Positions 8,001 through 16,462 of a stretch of 33,308 bases of DNA are shown here, one piece after another (position 1 is the stretch's first letter; each line of letters opens with the position of its first letter). A program made the translations under genes and the position numbers. This stretch comes from Elusimicrobiota bacterium. GTDB taxonomy: Bacteria > Elusimicrobiota > Elusimicrobia > F11. The stretch spans positions 1 to 33,308 of the forward strand of contig JBJXGI010000077.1 of the NCBI GenBank assembly GCA_046153645.1, read 5' to 3'. Below the pieces are notes generated by a model that saw nothing but the letters and a program-made list of their open reading frames with translations, searched no databases and was not told the origin of the DNA.

Positions 8001-10494
8001 TGCCTCTGGTGCATTTAATCCCGATGGTTCAGAGAGAGAATATGTAATGAACAACGGGGTTGTTGTTATTAATGATTTAACCTACGCCTATGTTGAACGG
8101 ATTAGAGTTAAGTTAAGAGATAATTTTGCGCGAATCGCATTTTCAAATGATATTGAAGTTGCCCCAAGTGGACTTAAATACAAAATTACAGTCCCGCCAA
8201 CGGCAATAGCAGGACTTCCCAAAACTTTTAATATCAAAGTTGAGCTCCTAGAACAGAACACGAATACATTGGTCAAAAATTATGATCATTTAGTTAATGT
8301 TGAAATTTTATCAGCAATAAACCCTACGGCCGCAGGACAATATACTGTGACATCAGCAAATTTAAGCCAAGGTATTGCTGATTTTCAGCAAAGTTATACC
8401 AAAGCTGAATCTATCGTTATTCGAATAGCAGAATCATCGACCGCGGGCGTTCCAGGTTTTGTTATTCCTTCTGGAACAAGCAATAACATCACGGTTGCGG
8501 CCGATGGATATAAAAAGATTTTGCTCATTATGCCAGGAGAAACACATATTCCAGGTGTTCCCTCTTCAAGTGGAAAAACGGGAACTCCCACGACACGTCA
8601 AAAAGGCGTTCCTTTTATCGCGCAGGTACGCGCGGTGGATCAGTATTGGAATATAGACAACAGCTTTAGTGGTGGAAAAATACAATACCTTTCGAGTGAT
8701 ATTCCACCGTCAATTAATGGAAGCAATCCCACAAATCAAAATGAACCTTTTGTAAATGGTGAAAGTGCTGCCTTCTTAAAACTTTTTAATGCAGGAAATA
8801 TAACAGTAACAGCGCGTGACTCTGATAATGAAAGCATCGCTTCGCAGTCAGTTTTGCTTACGGTGGGTGGAAATTATTATCAAGTTGTCGCTCCAGCTCA
8901 GGATTTTTCAGGGCCACCCAGTGTTTGGACAGTTAATGTCACTTTAATTGACTTTATTTCTGGTAACCCCATCATTACCGCAAACCAATCGATTCGATTA
9001 AATGCATTCCTCCCTGATGGAACCACAGCACAAGGAACCCTTGGCGTTTCCAATGCAAATCTCTCTAATGGTACTGTTGGGATTTTAAATCAAAGCTACA
9101 CCATTGCAGAAAACATTATTATTCAAGTGAGTGATGATGAAGGAAATACCGGATCAAGTTCTGTTATTCAATTGATTCCAAGACAAGTGAGCTATATATT
9201 CGAAACTCCTTCCGATGCGGAAGTTAATCAACCTTTTACGGTCATTATTCGAACACTTGATAAAGATACAGGCACAAACGCGAAAAATCTCAATAGAACA
9301 AATACACTAGAAGCTTATTCGAGCCTCACCGGTCTTCCCGGAACAGGGACTTTTGTTCCTGTCGTTGCCAATATTATTAATGGAGTGGCCACCATTAGTG
9401 CTACTTATACTCGGGCCGAACCCATATTCTTGAGAATGGTTGACAACACGTCACCTTTCGCGCAAAGCCCACCCTCTCAACCCGTGTTCACCTCAGCAGG
9501 AAGTATCAATGTAAAAGCGGGCGCCTTGGCTTTAGTAGATCTCAGCAGTTTTACAATAAGATCCAACGAGACCAGAACATTTACAGTTAATTGCACTGAC
9601 GTGTATGGAAATCCCATTTCAAATCAAACATTAAACTTAAGCATTATTTCTCCAGAACTTCCTGGTCATATCGAAATGAATGGGAAAATAAATAGTTTAA
9701 CCATTAATGCTAATAGTCAAGGCCAGTTGGATATAACATTTGATCCATCATCAACAGCCAATGGTGAATATAAACTATCTATCGATGATGGGGACAGAAC
9801 GAATGGTTACAATAAAATTGTGAATATTCATGTTCAAGGGTTTCCACAAGTTCCCGCTCCTGCGCTGGCTTTAGGAGAAGATCGTATCCCGGTTAACAGT
9901 ACTTATTTCTTAAATCTACCAGAAGTTTTACTCCCAACAGGGGCCTTCAGAAGAACCTTTTATCGAATTGATGGAAGTGCCTGGTTCGCCTATGACGAAA
10001 CCATCGGAATTAAACCACAAGACGCAATAAGACCCGGGATTAATGCTTTTTTTGAAACTCGTGGTTGGGCGATCGAATATTATTCGCAAATTTGTTACGA
10101 CCTTGCTTGTGTGAATCCTATCGATGAACGTCAAATTAATGGTTCACCAAATATCGCAAGCATTCTAACCTACCAAGTGGAAGACAAACTGAATGCCTAT
10201 CCAAGTCCCTTTAATCCCAAGAGTAACGGTATTGATGGCTTTTTAACCATCCAATATCCATTGGGAACTGCTTCAACTGTAGAAATAGATATTTACGATC
10301 TCTTTGGTCAACCAGTTTGGCATAAAGACATTCAAGCTGGAGAAGAAGGGGGACAAGCAAAGTCTGATAATCGAGTGTTCTGGTCCGGCGTGAACGATGA
10401 CAATATCGTCGTTGGAAACGGCGGATACATCATCCGTGTAAAAGTAGGGGCAACTGGTCAAATAATGAAAACCAAAACACTGGTGGTGAAATAA
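5062..10494 (+). CDS. Giant repetitive Ig-like-domain surface protein/adhesin with a C-terminal T9SS type-A CTD-like/FlgD-Ig domain (main part; true start probably 4611)
   Basis: 1810 aa, rich in Thr/Gly/Pro/Asn and beta-strand-like. Recurrent AG.PF.i.i.A.D units and six PGE..PG...GK.G.P...AxDxxWN units. C-terminus LNAYPSPFNP...TIQYPL...VEIDIYDLFGQPV...WSGVND...GGYIIRVK...KTLVVK. The GTG at 5062 has no RBS and no signal peptide follows it. Confidence 0.85.
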   Translation: MDAGVPFTISITALDATATTVTSFRDSVQLSETLNGFNISSVLGSNFFNGIATATVTLEAGDAISHVNRIQGTNSLVYFGQGTAASGISNNILVNPDAYDRIVQVFPGEILTPGIPPGKNSAGTLPQVANQPVVPVKVFATDQFYNPILVGIPSPLNISFFSNVGSDILPPTTQLVSNPLQFLASEFIFPTVGTRIIQAQPSVNVGNTSQSTITVNAGQVDHYLFTIQPANGSILTADVPFTIQITAYDSANNVKIDFNGTFSDAFEAELIGTPSLIDKKWIDTNPGTENPDNTITFVNGIGNLSNSMMITRKWPNVRLIFRDGAGIQVVSNIWNINEGSPKKILLTYKPSQSYTPGTYPGNNGLPAQITAGDIVTLEARLVDGRWNVTSGPTTDNTTITLSGQTNNHYIDIFGGLPDFPPTGELIASDSFQVRFRTAGNQYLNAGAGGASGNFTTPSDTIRVNPGTYAKMALVAPGETLRPGIPSLLQPDGKEGTPNIQQVGNPFVLSAYATDQYWNPIQSFTYPRIDFTVQDPSHTHIPLTPLTMGGSREDFNFTLQSLLLPQITVFDTADNLKQQTVSINTSAGVLDHFEMDTISSPQFAGAPFNITMRAEDEFGNTIPSPFTVTLTPTTGTGTMSPTTVNLVNGTFTGAVTMFASSPSVKINMSMAGQPQATRESNSFIVLPSPQGYKKLLLLLDGEFIAQGTILGKTGSPTPKTAGVISIARAIACDPFYNPVNVSGIVEFQSNRYTQFGSAQGNLVNINGYGEYATTMIPRAAATHTVTLRDVNLDGTVARSTSVVVANPGTYRKIQYLLPGEVADPGTFLPNGKTIAPPLDQQVSRPFNVQLRAVDDFWNLVSFNDGDLRLIADITSIFFTPPNNLGGPNPRKYSLGISTRQVIIGQQGITTLGVIDDQNLSKPGQSVQVNVVPGAVYAFYASSFATAGVPFSLTIRLEENGVPVVGYNESIFLSAALPSGNPASGAFNPDGSEREYVMNNGVVVINDLTYAYVERIRVKLRDNFARIAFSNDIEVAPSGLKYKITVPPTAIAGLPKTFNIKVELLEQNTNTLVKNYDHLVNVEILSAINPTAAGQYTVTSANLSQGIADFQQSYTKAESIVIRIAESSTAGVPGFVIPSGTSNNITVAADGYKKILLIMPGETHIPGVPSSSGKTGTPTTRQKGVPFIAQVRAVDQYWNIDNSFSGGKIQYLSSDIPPSINGSNPTNQNEPFVNGESAAFLKLFNAGNITVTARDSDNESIASQSVLLTVGGNYYQVVAPAQDFSGPPSVWTVNVTLIDFISGNPIITANQSIRLNAFLPDGTTAQGTLGVSNANLSNGTVGILNQSYTIAENIIIQVSDDEGNTGSSSVIQLIPRQVSYIFETPSDAEVNQPFTVIIRTLDKDTGTNAKNLNRTNTLEAYSSLTGLPGTGTFVPVVANIINGVATISATYTRAEPIFLRMVDNTSPFAQSPPSQPVFTSAGSINVKAGALALVDLSSFTIRSNETRTFTVNCTDVYGNPISNQTLNLSIISPELPGHIEMNGKINSLTINANSQGQLDITFDPSSTANGEYKLSIDDGDRTNGYNKIVNIHVQGFPQVPAPALALGEDRIPVNSTYFLNLPEVLLPTGAFRRTFYRIDGSAWFAYDETIGIKPQDAIRPGINAFFETRGWAIEYYSQICYDLACVNPIDERQINGSPNIASILTYQVEDKLNAYPSPFNPKSNGIDGFLTIQYPLGTASTVEIDIYDLFGQPVWHKDIQAGEEGGQAKSDNRVFWSGVNDDNIVVGNGGYIIRVKVGATGQIMKTKTLVVK

Positions 10495-10495
10495 C

Positions 10496-11872
10496 ATGAA
10501 TAAGACACTTAAAAACATAATAAGAAAGAATTTTTTAGCTGTGATTGTTTTTTCTCAGGTTCTCTCTGCGCATGCAGGAGGAAGCTTTGGGCAATCTTCA
10601 GATATTTTTAATGTAGGCGCTGGAGCTCGAAGCATGGCCATGGGGGGAGCTTTTACGGGGCTTGCTGATGATGGATCTGCTTCCTATTTTAACCCAGCGG
10701 GACTTGCTTACTTAGATGAACATCAATTATTAGCTATGCATGCTCCCTTATTTATTGATACTCATTACAATTATCTCTCTTCTGCACATCCCTTTGGTGA
10801 TAAATGGGGGTCCGTTGCTGTCTCTGATTCTCTCCTCTTATCAGATGGTTTTCAAGTGAGAGATGCTTTTAACAACGTAACAGATAAAAATGGAGAATTA
10901 AGAAATAATGTTATTTTCACATCATACGCTAGAAAAATAAGACCAAAACTTTCTATTGGAGCCAATATTAAATTAATTCAGCAAAAAGTGGCTGGGTTTT
11001 CTGATGGCGCCTTTGGATTAGATTTAGGTGTTCTCTATAAGTTTCACCCGTTGCTTAATGTCGGAGCCTCTATCGGCAATGTAAATTCTCCTGAAGTTAA
11101 ACTTAGAAATGAAGCGGACGTTTTTAAACCTATTACTAAATTCGGCGTGGCATCAGAAGTATTGAAAAATAGACTTATGCTCACAGGGGACTATATAAAA
11201 TTGAGTAATCAAGATAACCTCTATGCTGTTGGAGCAGAATACAAGCTTCATAAATTCGTCGATTTAAGAACTGGTTTTAATGCCAACAAAAGCTTCACCA
11301 TGGGTATTGGTCTTAATCTAAAACAATTTCATGTGGATTATGCCTTCAGTGATACAGATATTGGGGCTTTTAATAAGGTTTCATTTACCTGGGCTTACCA
11401 TAATATTTATAAAACCAATATTGAACCTCCTATCAAAGAAGGAAAAGCCGTCTATCCGCTTTCAGGTTTTGAAAATCAAATTGCGTTTAAAACAACGGTT
11501 CCTCAGCATACCGTTATATCCAAATGGTCTTTGTTAATAAAAGATGCTGAAGGAAAAGATGTTCGAACACTCGAAGGTGATTTGGATGCCCCCAACCCCA
11601 TTATTTGGGATGGGAAAAACCAAATGGGAGAACCAGTTGTCGATGGTGAATACAACTATGCTTTCCTTGTCACATATAAAAATGGAAAATCTTGGAGCAT
11701 TCCTGGGGATTTGTTGCTAACCTTACCCCAGCGACAAAATGAAGAAATCATTGATATGAATTTAAGACTTAACGGAGCACAATCATCAGAAGCAATTCCT
11801 GTGAATAATTCGAATAGCCCACAAATTGTTCCTGTGCCTGAAACTGCTCCACAAACTGAAGAAATTAAGTAA
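10496..11872 (+). CDS. PorV/PorQ-family outer-membrane barrel with a C-terminal FlgD-Ig-like domain
   Basis: Signal peptide ending SAHA. GAGARSMAMGGAFTGLADDGSASYFNPAGL signature, FGLDLGVLY, VDYAF. Then KWSLLIKDAEGKDVRTLEG...IIWDGKNQMGEPVVDGEYNY. Confidence 0.85.
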   Translation: MNKTLKNIIRKNFLAVIVFSQVLSAHAGGSFGQSSDIFNVGAGARSMAMGGAFTGLADDGSASYFNPAGLAYLDEHQLLAMHAPLFIDTHYNYLSSAHPFGDKWGSVAVSDSLLLSDGFQVRDAFNNVTDKNGELRNNVIFTSYARKIRPKLSIGANIKLIQQKVAGFSDGAFGLDLGVLYKFHPLLNVGASIGNVNSPEVKLRNEADVFKPITKFGVASEVLKNRLMLTGDYIKLSNQDNLYAVGAEYKLHKFVDLRTGFNANKSFTMGIGLNLKQFHVDYAFSDTDIGAFNKVSFTWAYHNIYKTNIEPPIKEGKAVYPLSGFENQIAFKTTVPQHTVISKWSLLIKDAEGKDVRTLEGDLDAPNPIIWDGKNQMGEPVVDGEYNYAFLVTYKNGKSWSIPGDLLLTLPQRQNEEIIDMNLRLNGAQSSEAIPVNNSNSPQIVPVPETAPQTEEIK

Positions 11873-11892
11873 CCCTAAGGTTCAGGAGACAT

Positions 11893-14877
11893 ATGAAAAG
11901 CAAATTGACACACGTTTTAACAGCAAGTCTAATTGGAATTTTTATACATCCAAGTATACATGCCATTTCTGAAGACCCAATGGCTCAGTTTAAAATTGCT
12001 TCAACTGCTTATCAAAATAGACGCCTAGATACAGCCGAACAAGAATTTGAAGGTTTCCTTAAAGCATTTCCCTCTCATCGCTTAGCTCCTCAAGCCAGAC
12101 TTGCTTTAGGAGAAATTAAGTTTAATTTACGTAAATATCCAGATGCAGCCGAAGAATACTCTCAAGTGGTTAAAAAATTTGGCAATACCTATGAAGCTCT
12201 CAATGCCAAGTTAAGGCTTGGTCATTGCGAATATAATATGAAGAAATATTTAAGTGCAATGGACTACTTTGAAGAAGTGAAAAATAAAGCACCTAAAGTT
12301 TTGAGATCCGAAGCCCTTATAGGTAAAGGACTTTCTCTTATGTCTCTCGGTTCATATGAAAAAGCTGAAGGGACATTTATTGAATTACTTCAATCTTATC
12401 CAAAATATAAAAACAACCCCAATGCTGTGGTTCCATTAGGATTATTGTACCTTCAACGCAATCGTACCCAAGAAGCCCTTGAGATGTTTTCTTTGTTACC
12501 AATCGACATTGGGGCTCAGTACTACAAAGGAGTCACCTTAAAAAAATTAGGCCAAATTATTTCCGCTTCTCAAATGTTTAAAGATGTTTACGAAGAAGAT
12601 CCTCAAGGTTTCTGGGCTGATAAAGCACAGTTGCAAATGGCTGAAGCCTATTACTCAGTAAACGAACTCAACCTGGCTTATGATAGTTTCAGAAAAGTAT
12701 TTGATCGTTTTGCTACCAGTCCGTTAAGACCTTATGCCTTACATCGAATGGCCTGTGTTCACTTTCAACTGGGCCGTTTTCAAGAAGCCGGATTAAAATG
12801 GGAAGAACTCATTCGAACTTTTGAAGACGATGTGAATCTCCCTAATGGTATATATATGCTTGGTGAAATGGCTCTCAGACAAGGTGAATACGGAAAAGCT
12901 ATTTCGTTTTTTAGTCAAATCTCAAGCGCACATGAATTAAGAATGGATTCTCAGTATAAAATCCTTTGGTGCTTAGCTCAACAGAAACAAGATGAAACAG
13001 CGATCGCAAAATGCGACCAATTCTTAAAAGAATATCCTTGGGGTGAATTGGCGGCAAAAACTCACCTTGTGAAAGGTATTTGTCTTCAGCGAATTAAAAA
13101 GTATACGGAAGCCAACTCGGAATACCAAATTGTTATTGATCAATTTGGACAATCAATTTTCTCAGAAAAAGCAATGTATTTAATGTCCACGAGTTTATTT
13201 CAAAACAATCAACTCGCTGAAATTGTGACATCGTTAAACTCCACCTTAAAATTAGCCCCTGTGAGCCCCACTCGTTGGCAGGCAGAAACATATCTTTGGA
13301 TTGCTGAAGCATATTATTCTTTAAACCAATATGAAGCAGCTGAAAGAACTTATCAACTCGTTGTTGATAACTACAAAGAGAGTCCAAAATTAGCTCACGC
13401 CATGCTTGGGGTTGCGGCGTCATTGGCTAAAGAATCTAAGTTTGAAGAAGCCAGCATCGCGCATGAAAAAGCTTTGGTTATGGCCGAAAGTTTAAAGAGC
13501 AAGGAAGTTAAGCGTTCTGTTTTAATGGATACGGCCCAAGTTCTTTTCTCGCAAAAGAAGTATGAAAAAGCCATGGGGTATTTTGACGAGTTTGTGAACC
13601 GTTATCCAGATGATTCTTTAGTACCAGAAGCGTTATTCCAAGGAGGAATGAGCTTCTATCGATTGGAATACTACACTGAAGCATTGAATAGATGGAAACG
13701 TGTCGTCAATGAATTCTCAACAAATGAATTGGCACCAAAAGCTTTATTTGAAATTGCAAAAACCGAATTTGGTTTAGGTCATTATGATGAATCTGCTAAA
13801 CAATTTCAGTTGTTAATTGATAAATATCCTGCCTTTAAAAACAATAAAGAAGCGCGCATTCAAATTGCTCAGTGTTATTACAATCAAGGGAATTTTGATT
13901 TAGCGACAAAAAAATTACAAGAATTTCTGAATAATTATCCAAAAGATCCAAAATCGAAAGACGTTCTTGAATTGCTTCAAATGGCTCACTTTAGAGAAGG
14001 CAAAAATAAAGGTGACATGGGCTTATTAACAGAAAAATATCCACAGAGTAAATTAACTGCCGATATTTATTGGCAAATGGGGGGAGACGCTTACAATAAT
14101 AAAGATTATAAACAGGCTCTTGATTATTTCCGAAAGCTCGTTGGAGAGTTTCCTGAAGCCCAGTACACTCAACAGGCCTATTATTATATGGCTGAATCAT
14201 ATTTTAACCTTGAGAATTATCCAAGTGCAGTGACAGCTTATAGAAATTACTTGTTAAATTTTCCTGATTCTCCAAGTAGAGTTGAATCCCTTTTTAGAAT
14301 GGGTGTTAGTCATTTTCAAACACAAAACTACTCCGAAGCTGTCGTCGCTTTTAATGATGCTTTAGAAGCAAACCCAACCGGGCCATTATCTAGAGATGCT
14401 TTGGTTAATATTCCTCTTTGTTATAAGAAGTTAGGCCAATATAGCCAGACTATTTCTTCTTATGAAAGATTTTTACAAAGTTTTCCTAAAGATCCACAAA
14501 GAAACAAGGTTTTAGTTGATATGGGTGATCAAGCCATGGAACTTAAAGAATATGAACAAGCCCTTAAGTATTACAAGATGGTTTCAGAGGGGACAGAAGA
14601 ATCATACAGTTCTTATTTAGCTCAAGGGAGAGCCTATCGGTTGATGAAACAACCCAATCAAGAAATTTCTGTTTATGAATTATTAAGAACAAAGGCGCCG
14701 GCCAGTAATGAAATTCGCTTAACCGGTCTTGTGACTCTTGCTGAGTTGTACCAAGAAATGGGGAAAGTGGACAAATCAATTGCTGTCTACGATGATATTT
14801 CTAAAAATGCCAATAACCCAGATTGGAAACAAGCAGCCATTGATCGAGCCAAGGCGCTTCGATCAGAAGCTCAATAA
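11893..14877 (+). CDS. Large periplasmic tandem-TPR protein (CpoB/BamD-type repeats)
   Basis: AGGAG RBS and a signal peptide ending SIHA with no lipobox. Many ~37-aa helical repeats of the form A...y..l...yP.s..a..Al...G..y along the whole length. Confidence 0.9.
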   Translation: MKSKLTHVLTASLIGIFIHPSIHAISEDPMAQFKIASTAYQNRRLDTAEQEFEGFLKAFPSHRLAPQARLALGEIKFNLRKYPDAAEEYSQVVKKFGNTYEALNAKLRLGHCEYNMKKYLSAMDYFEEVKNKAPKVLRSEALIGKGLSLMSLGSYEKAEGTFIELLQSYPKYKNNPNAVVPLGLLYLQRNRTQEALEMFSLLPIDIGAQYYKGVTLKKLGQIISASQMFKDVYEEDPQGFWADKAQLQMAEAYYSVNELNLAYDSFRKVFDRFATSPLRPYALHRMACVHFQLGRFQEAGLKWEELIRTFEDDVNLPNGIYMLGEMALRQGEYGKAISFFSQISSAHELRMDSQYKILWCLAQQKQDETAIAKCDQFLKEYPWGELAAKTHLVKGICLQRIKKYTEANSEYQIVIDQFGQSIFSEKAMYLMSTSLFQNNQLAEIVTSLNSTLKLAPVSPTRWQAETYLWIAEAYYSLNQYEAAERTYQLVVDNYKESPKLAHAMLGVAASLAKESKFEEASIAHEKALVMAESLKSKEVKRSVLMDTAQVLFSQKKYEKAMGYFDEFVNRYPDDSLVPEALFQGGMSFYRLEYYTEALNRWKRVVNEFSTNELAPKALFEIAKTEFGLGHYDESAKQFQLLIDKYPAFKNNKEARIQIAQCYYNQGNFDLATKKLQEFLNNYPKDPKSKDVLELLQMAHFREGKNKGDMGLLTEKYPQSKLTADIYWQMGGDAYNNKDYKQALDYFRKLVGEFPEAQYTQQAYYYMAESYFNLENYPSAVTAYRNYLLNFPDSPSRVESLFRMGVSHFQTQNYSEAVVAFNDALEANPTGPLSRDALVNIPLCYKKLGQYSQTISSYERFLQSFPKDPQRNKVLVDMGDQAMELKEYEQALKYYKMVSEGTEESYSSYLAQGRAYRLMKQPNQEISVYELLRTKAPASNEIRLTGLVTLAELYQEMGKVDKSIAVYDDISKNANNPDWKQAAIDRAKALRSEAQ

Positions 14878-14947
14878 AAGTGTGAATTATCACCTTTAAA
14901 AATTTAATTTTTTAAGTAAGTTAGAAGTAAGTGCCACGGAGGACAAT

Positions 14948-15631
14948 ATGTTAAGAGAATTAGGATTCATAGGAATATTTAAAGTTAACCCACTCATTAT
15001 AGGAACGCTTATGTTTTTTTCGTTCCTCATGGTGGCTTTTCTAGTTGAGAGAGTCTGGTATTACTTGTCTCATGCCAACTGGTCTGAAGAATTTTGGAAA
15101 CGTTTAAAGGCATCTGTTCAATCTGGCCATATACATGAAGCTCGTACCATGTGTGTTCAATCAAATAATGTATATGCCCAAGTTTTTGCAACAGTTTTAA
15201 ATTCAACTCACTTGGACAGAAAAGACAACGAAGAATTAGCTCAAATTTCAAGAGAAAATCAACTAGAAAGACTTCGTAAACGATTGGGACTTTTTTCGAC
15301 TTTCTCTTTTATTTCACCTCTGGTTGGATTACTTGGAACTGTTACCGGAATCATGCAAGCTTTTTCAGATCTAGGTCGGTCAGGATCAGGTGGAGCTAAC
15401 ATTGTTGCCGCTGGTATTGCCGAAGCACTTGTTGCAACAGCAGCAGGTATTCTTGTGGCTGTACCCTCTGCTCTTTTTTATAACTTTTTTACTTTTAAAT
15501 TGCGCTCCATCGGATTAACAATGACAAATCATGCTCATGAATTACTCATCTTGGTTTATGGTGGAGAAAATTCTAGCAGAACGACGAATCCCAGTGCCTC
15601 AGGAGATCCTCGTGCAAAAGCAATCCGATAA
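14948..15631 (+). CDS. exbB: MotA/TolQ/ExbB proton-channel subunit
   Basis: GGAGG RBS, three TM segments, SPLVGLLGTVTGIMQAF and GIAEALVATAAGILVAVPS signatures. Confidence 0.92.
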   Translation: MLRELGFIGIFKVNPLIIGTLMFFSFLMVAFLVERVWYYLSHANWSEEFWKRLKASVQSGHIHEARTMCVQSNNVYAQVFATVLNSTHLDRKDNEELAQISRENQLERLRKRLGLFSTFSFISPLVGLLGTVTGIMQAFSDLGRSGSGGANIVAAGIAEALVATAAGILVAVPSALFYNFFTFKLRSIGLTMTNHAHELLILVYGGENSSRTTNPSASGDPRAKAIR

Positions 15632-16037
15632 ATTAGAAGAACCGGTCAGTGAAGTTAACATCGTCCCATTGGCCGATGTGACACTTGTATTATTGATTTT
15701 ACTGATGGTTATTTCACCTATGGCTTTACAATCTATGATTCAAGTCCAAGCTTCACAAGCGGTTGCAAGTCGAACAAAACAAGCTGTTTCTGAAAAGCCT
15801 TTATTTGTTGATGTAACCACGACTGGATTTACTGTAAATAATAACATTGTTTCAACAGAATACGAGCTATTTAGATCTCTTCAGAAAATGCTCGCGGGCA
15901 AGTCAGATAAAACAGTTCTTATCTCATCTGCTGCTGATGTTCCTTATGAAAACGTTGTCAAAGTGTTGGATTTGGTTAAACAAAGTGGTGCTATCAGTCT
16001 TTCTCTTGTTCCAAGAAAAATGGATACCCCATCATGA
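15612..16037 (+). CDS. exbD: ExbD/TolR family protein (paralogue 1)
   Basis: SEVNIVPLADVTLVLLILLMV with the conserved TM Asp, and VLISSAADVPYENVVKVLDLVKQSG. Start reassigned to the GTG at 15612 because AGGAG lies at 15601-15605. Confidence 0.9.
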   Translation: MQKQSDKLEEPVSEVNIVPLADVTLVLLILLMVISPMALQSMIQVQASQAVASRTKQAVSEKPLFVDVTTTGFTVNNNIVSTEYELFRSLQKMLAGKSDKTVLISSAADVPYENVVKVLDLVKQSGAISLSLVPRKMDTPS

Positions 16038-16462
16038 AACATTCAACTGAAACTGACGAAGCTATTTCTGGCGTTAACATCATTCCTGTTATTGATGTCA
16101 CGCTGGTTCTTCTCGTGGTTTTATTGGTTATGAGCCCTGTTATTAATATCCCAGGTTTAAATGTAAATTTGCCTGAAGCTATGACCAAAGAAACAAAAGA
16201 TGAAAATTTAACGGTTAGCCTTTCAGCAGAAGGACAAATATCGGTGGATCAAGATGTTGTCCTAAGAGAACAACTTCCAGCGATGCTAATGAAAAAATTA
16301 AAAGACAGACAAGATACTGTTATTATCGTACGCGCGGATAAATCATTGCCGTATGGCGCAGTAGAAAGCCTTATTCGTGAAGTTAATAAGTTTGCTGGTA
16401 ATAACGCGGTTGCCATTGCGACCAAACAAAGATCTTCTAAAATTGAAGGTGTTCAACAATGA
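16034..16462 (+). CDS. exbD: ExbD/TolR family protein (paralogue 2)
   Basis: SGVNIIPVIDVTLVLLVVLLV, LNVNLPEA, VIIVRADKSLPYGAV. ATGA overlaps at both ends. Confidence 0.9.
   Translation: MKHSTETDEAISGVNIIPVIDVTLVLLVVLLVMSPVINIPGLNVNLPEAMTKETKDENLTVSLSAEGQISVDQDVVLREQLPAMLMKKLKDRQDTVIIVRADKSLPYGAVESLIREVNKFAGNNAVAIATKQRSSKIEGVQQ

Noticed and set aside
5802..10518. Several 60-80 aa antisense or out-of-frame ORFs inside the giant gene
   Set aside because: Fully nested in a long coherent CDS, with no motifs or RBS; expected by chance.
14877..14897. AAAGTGTGAATTATCACCTTT as a CRP site or terminator
   Set aside because: The TGTGA/TCAC spacing is 4 rather than 6, and the stem is weak and AT-rich, so neither call is supported.
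15531..15611. Longer N-terminus for ExbD1 given by the ORF track
   Set aside because: It would overlap exbB by 101 nt. The GTG at 15612 has an AGGAG RBS and gives a normal ExbD length.
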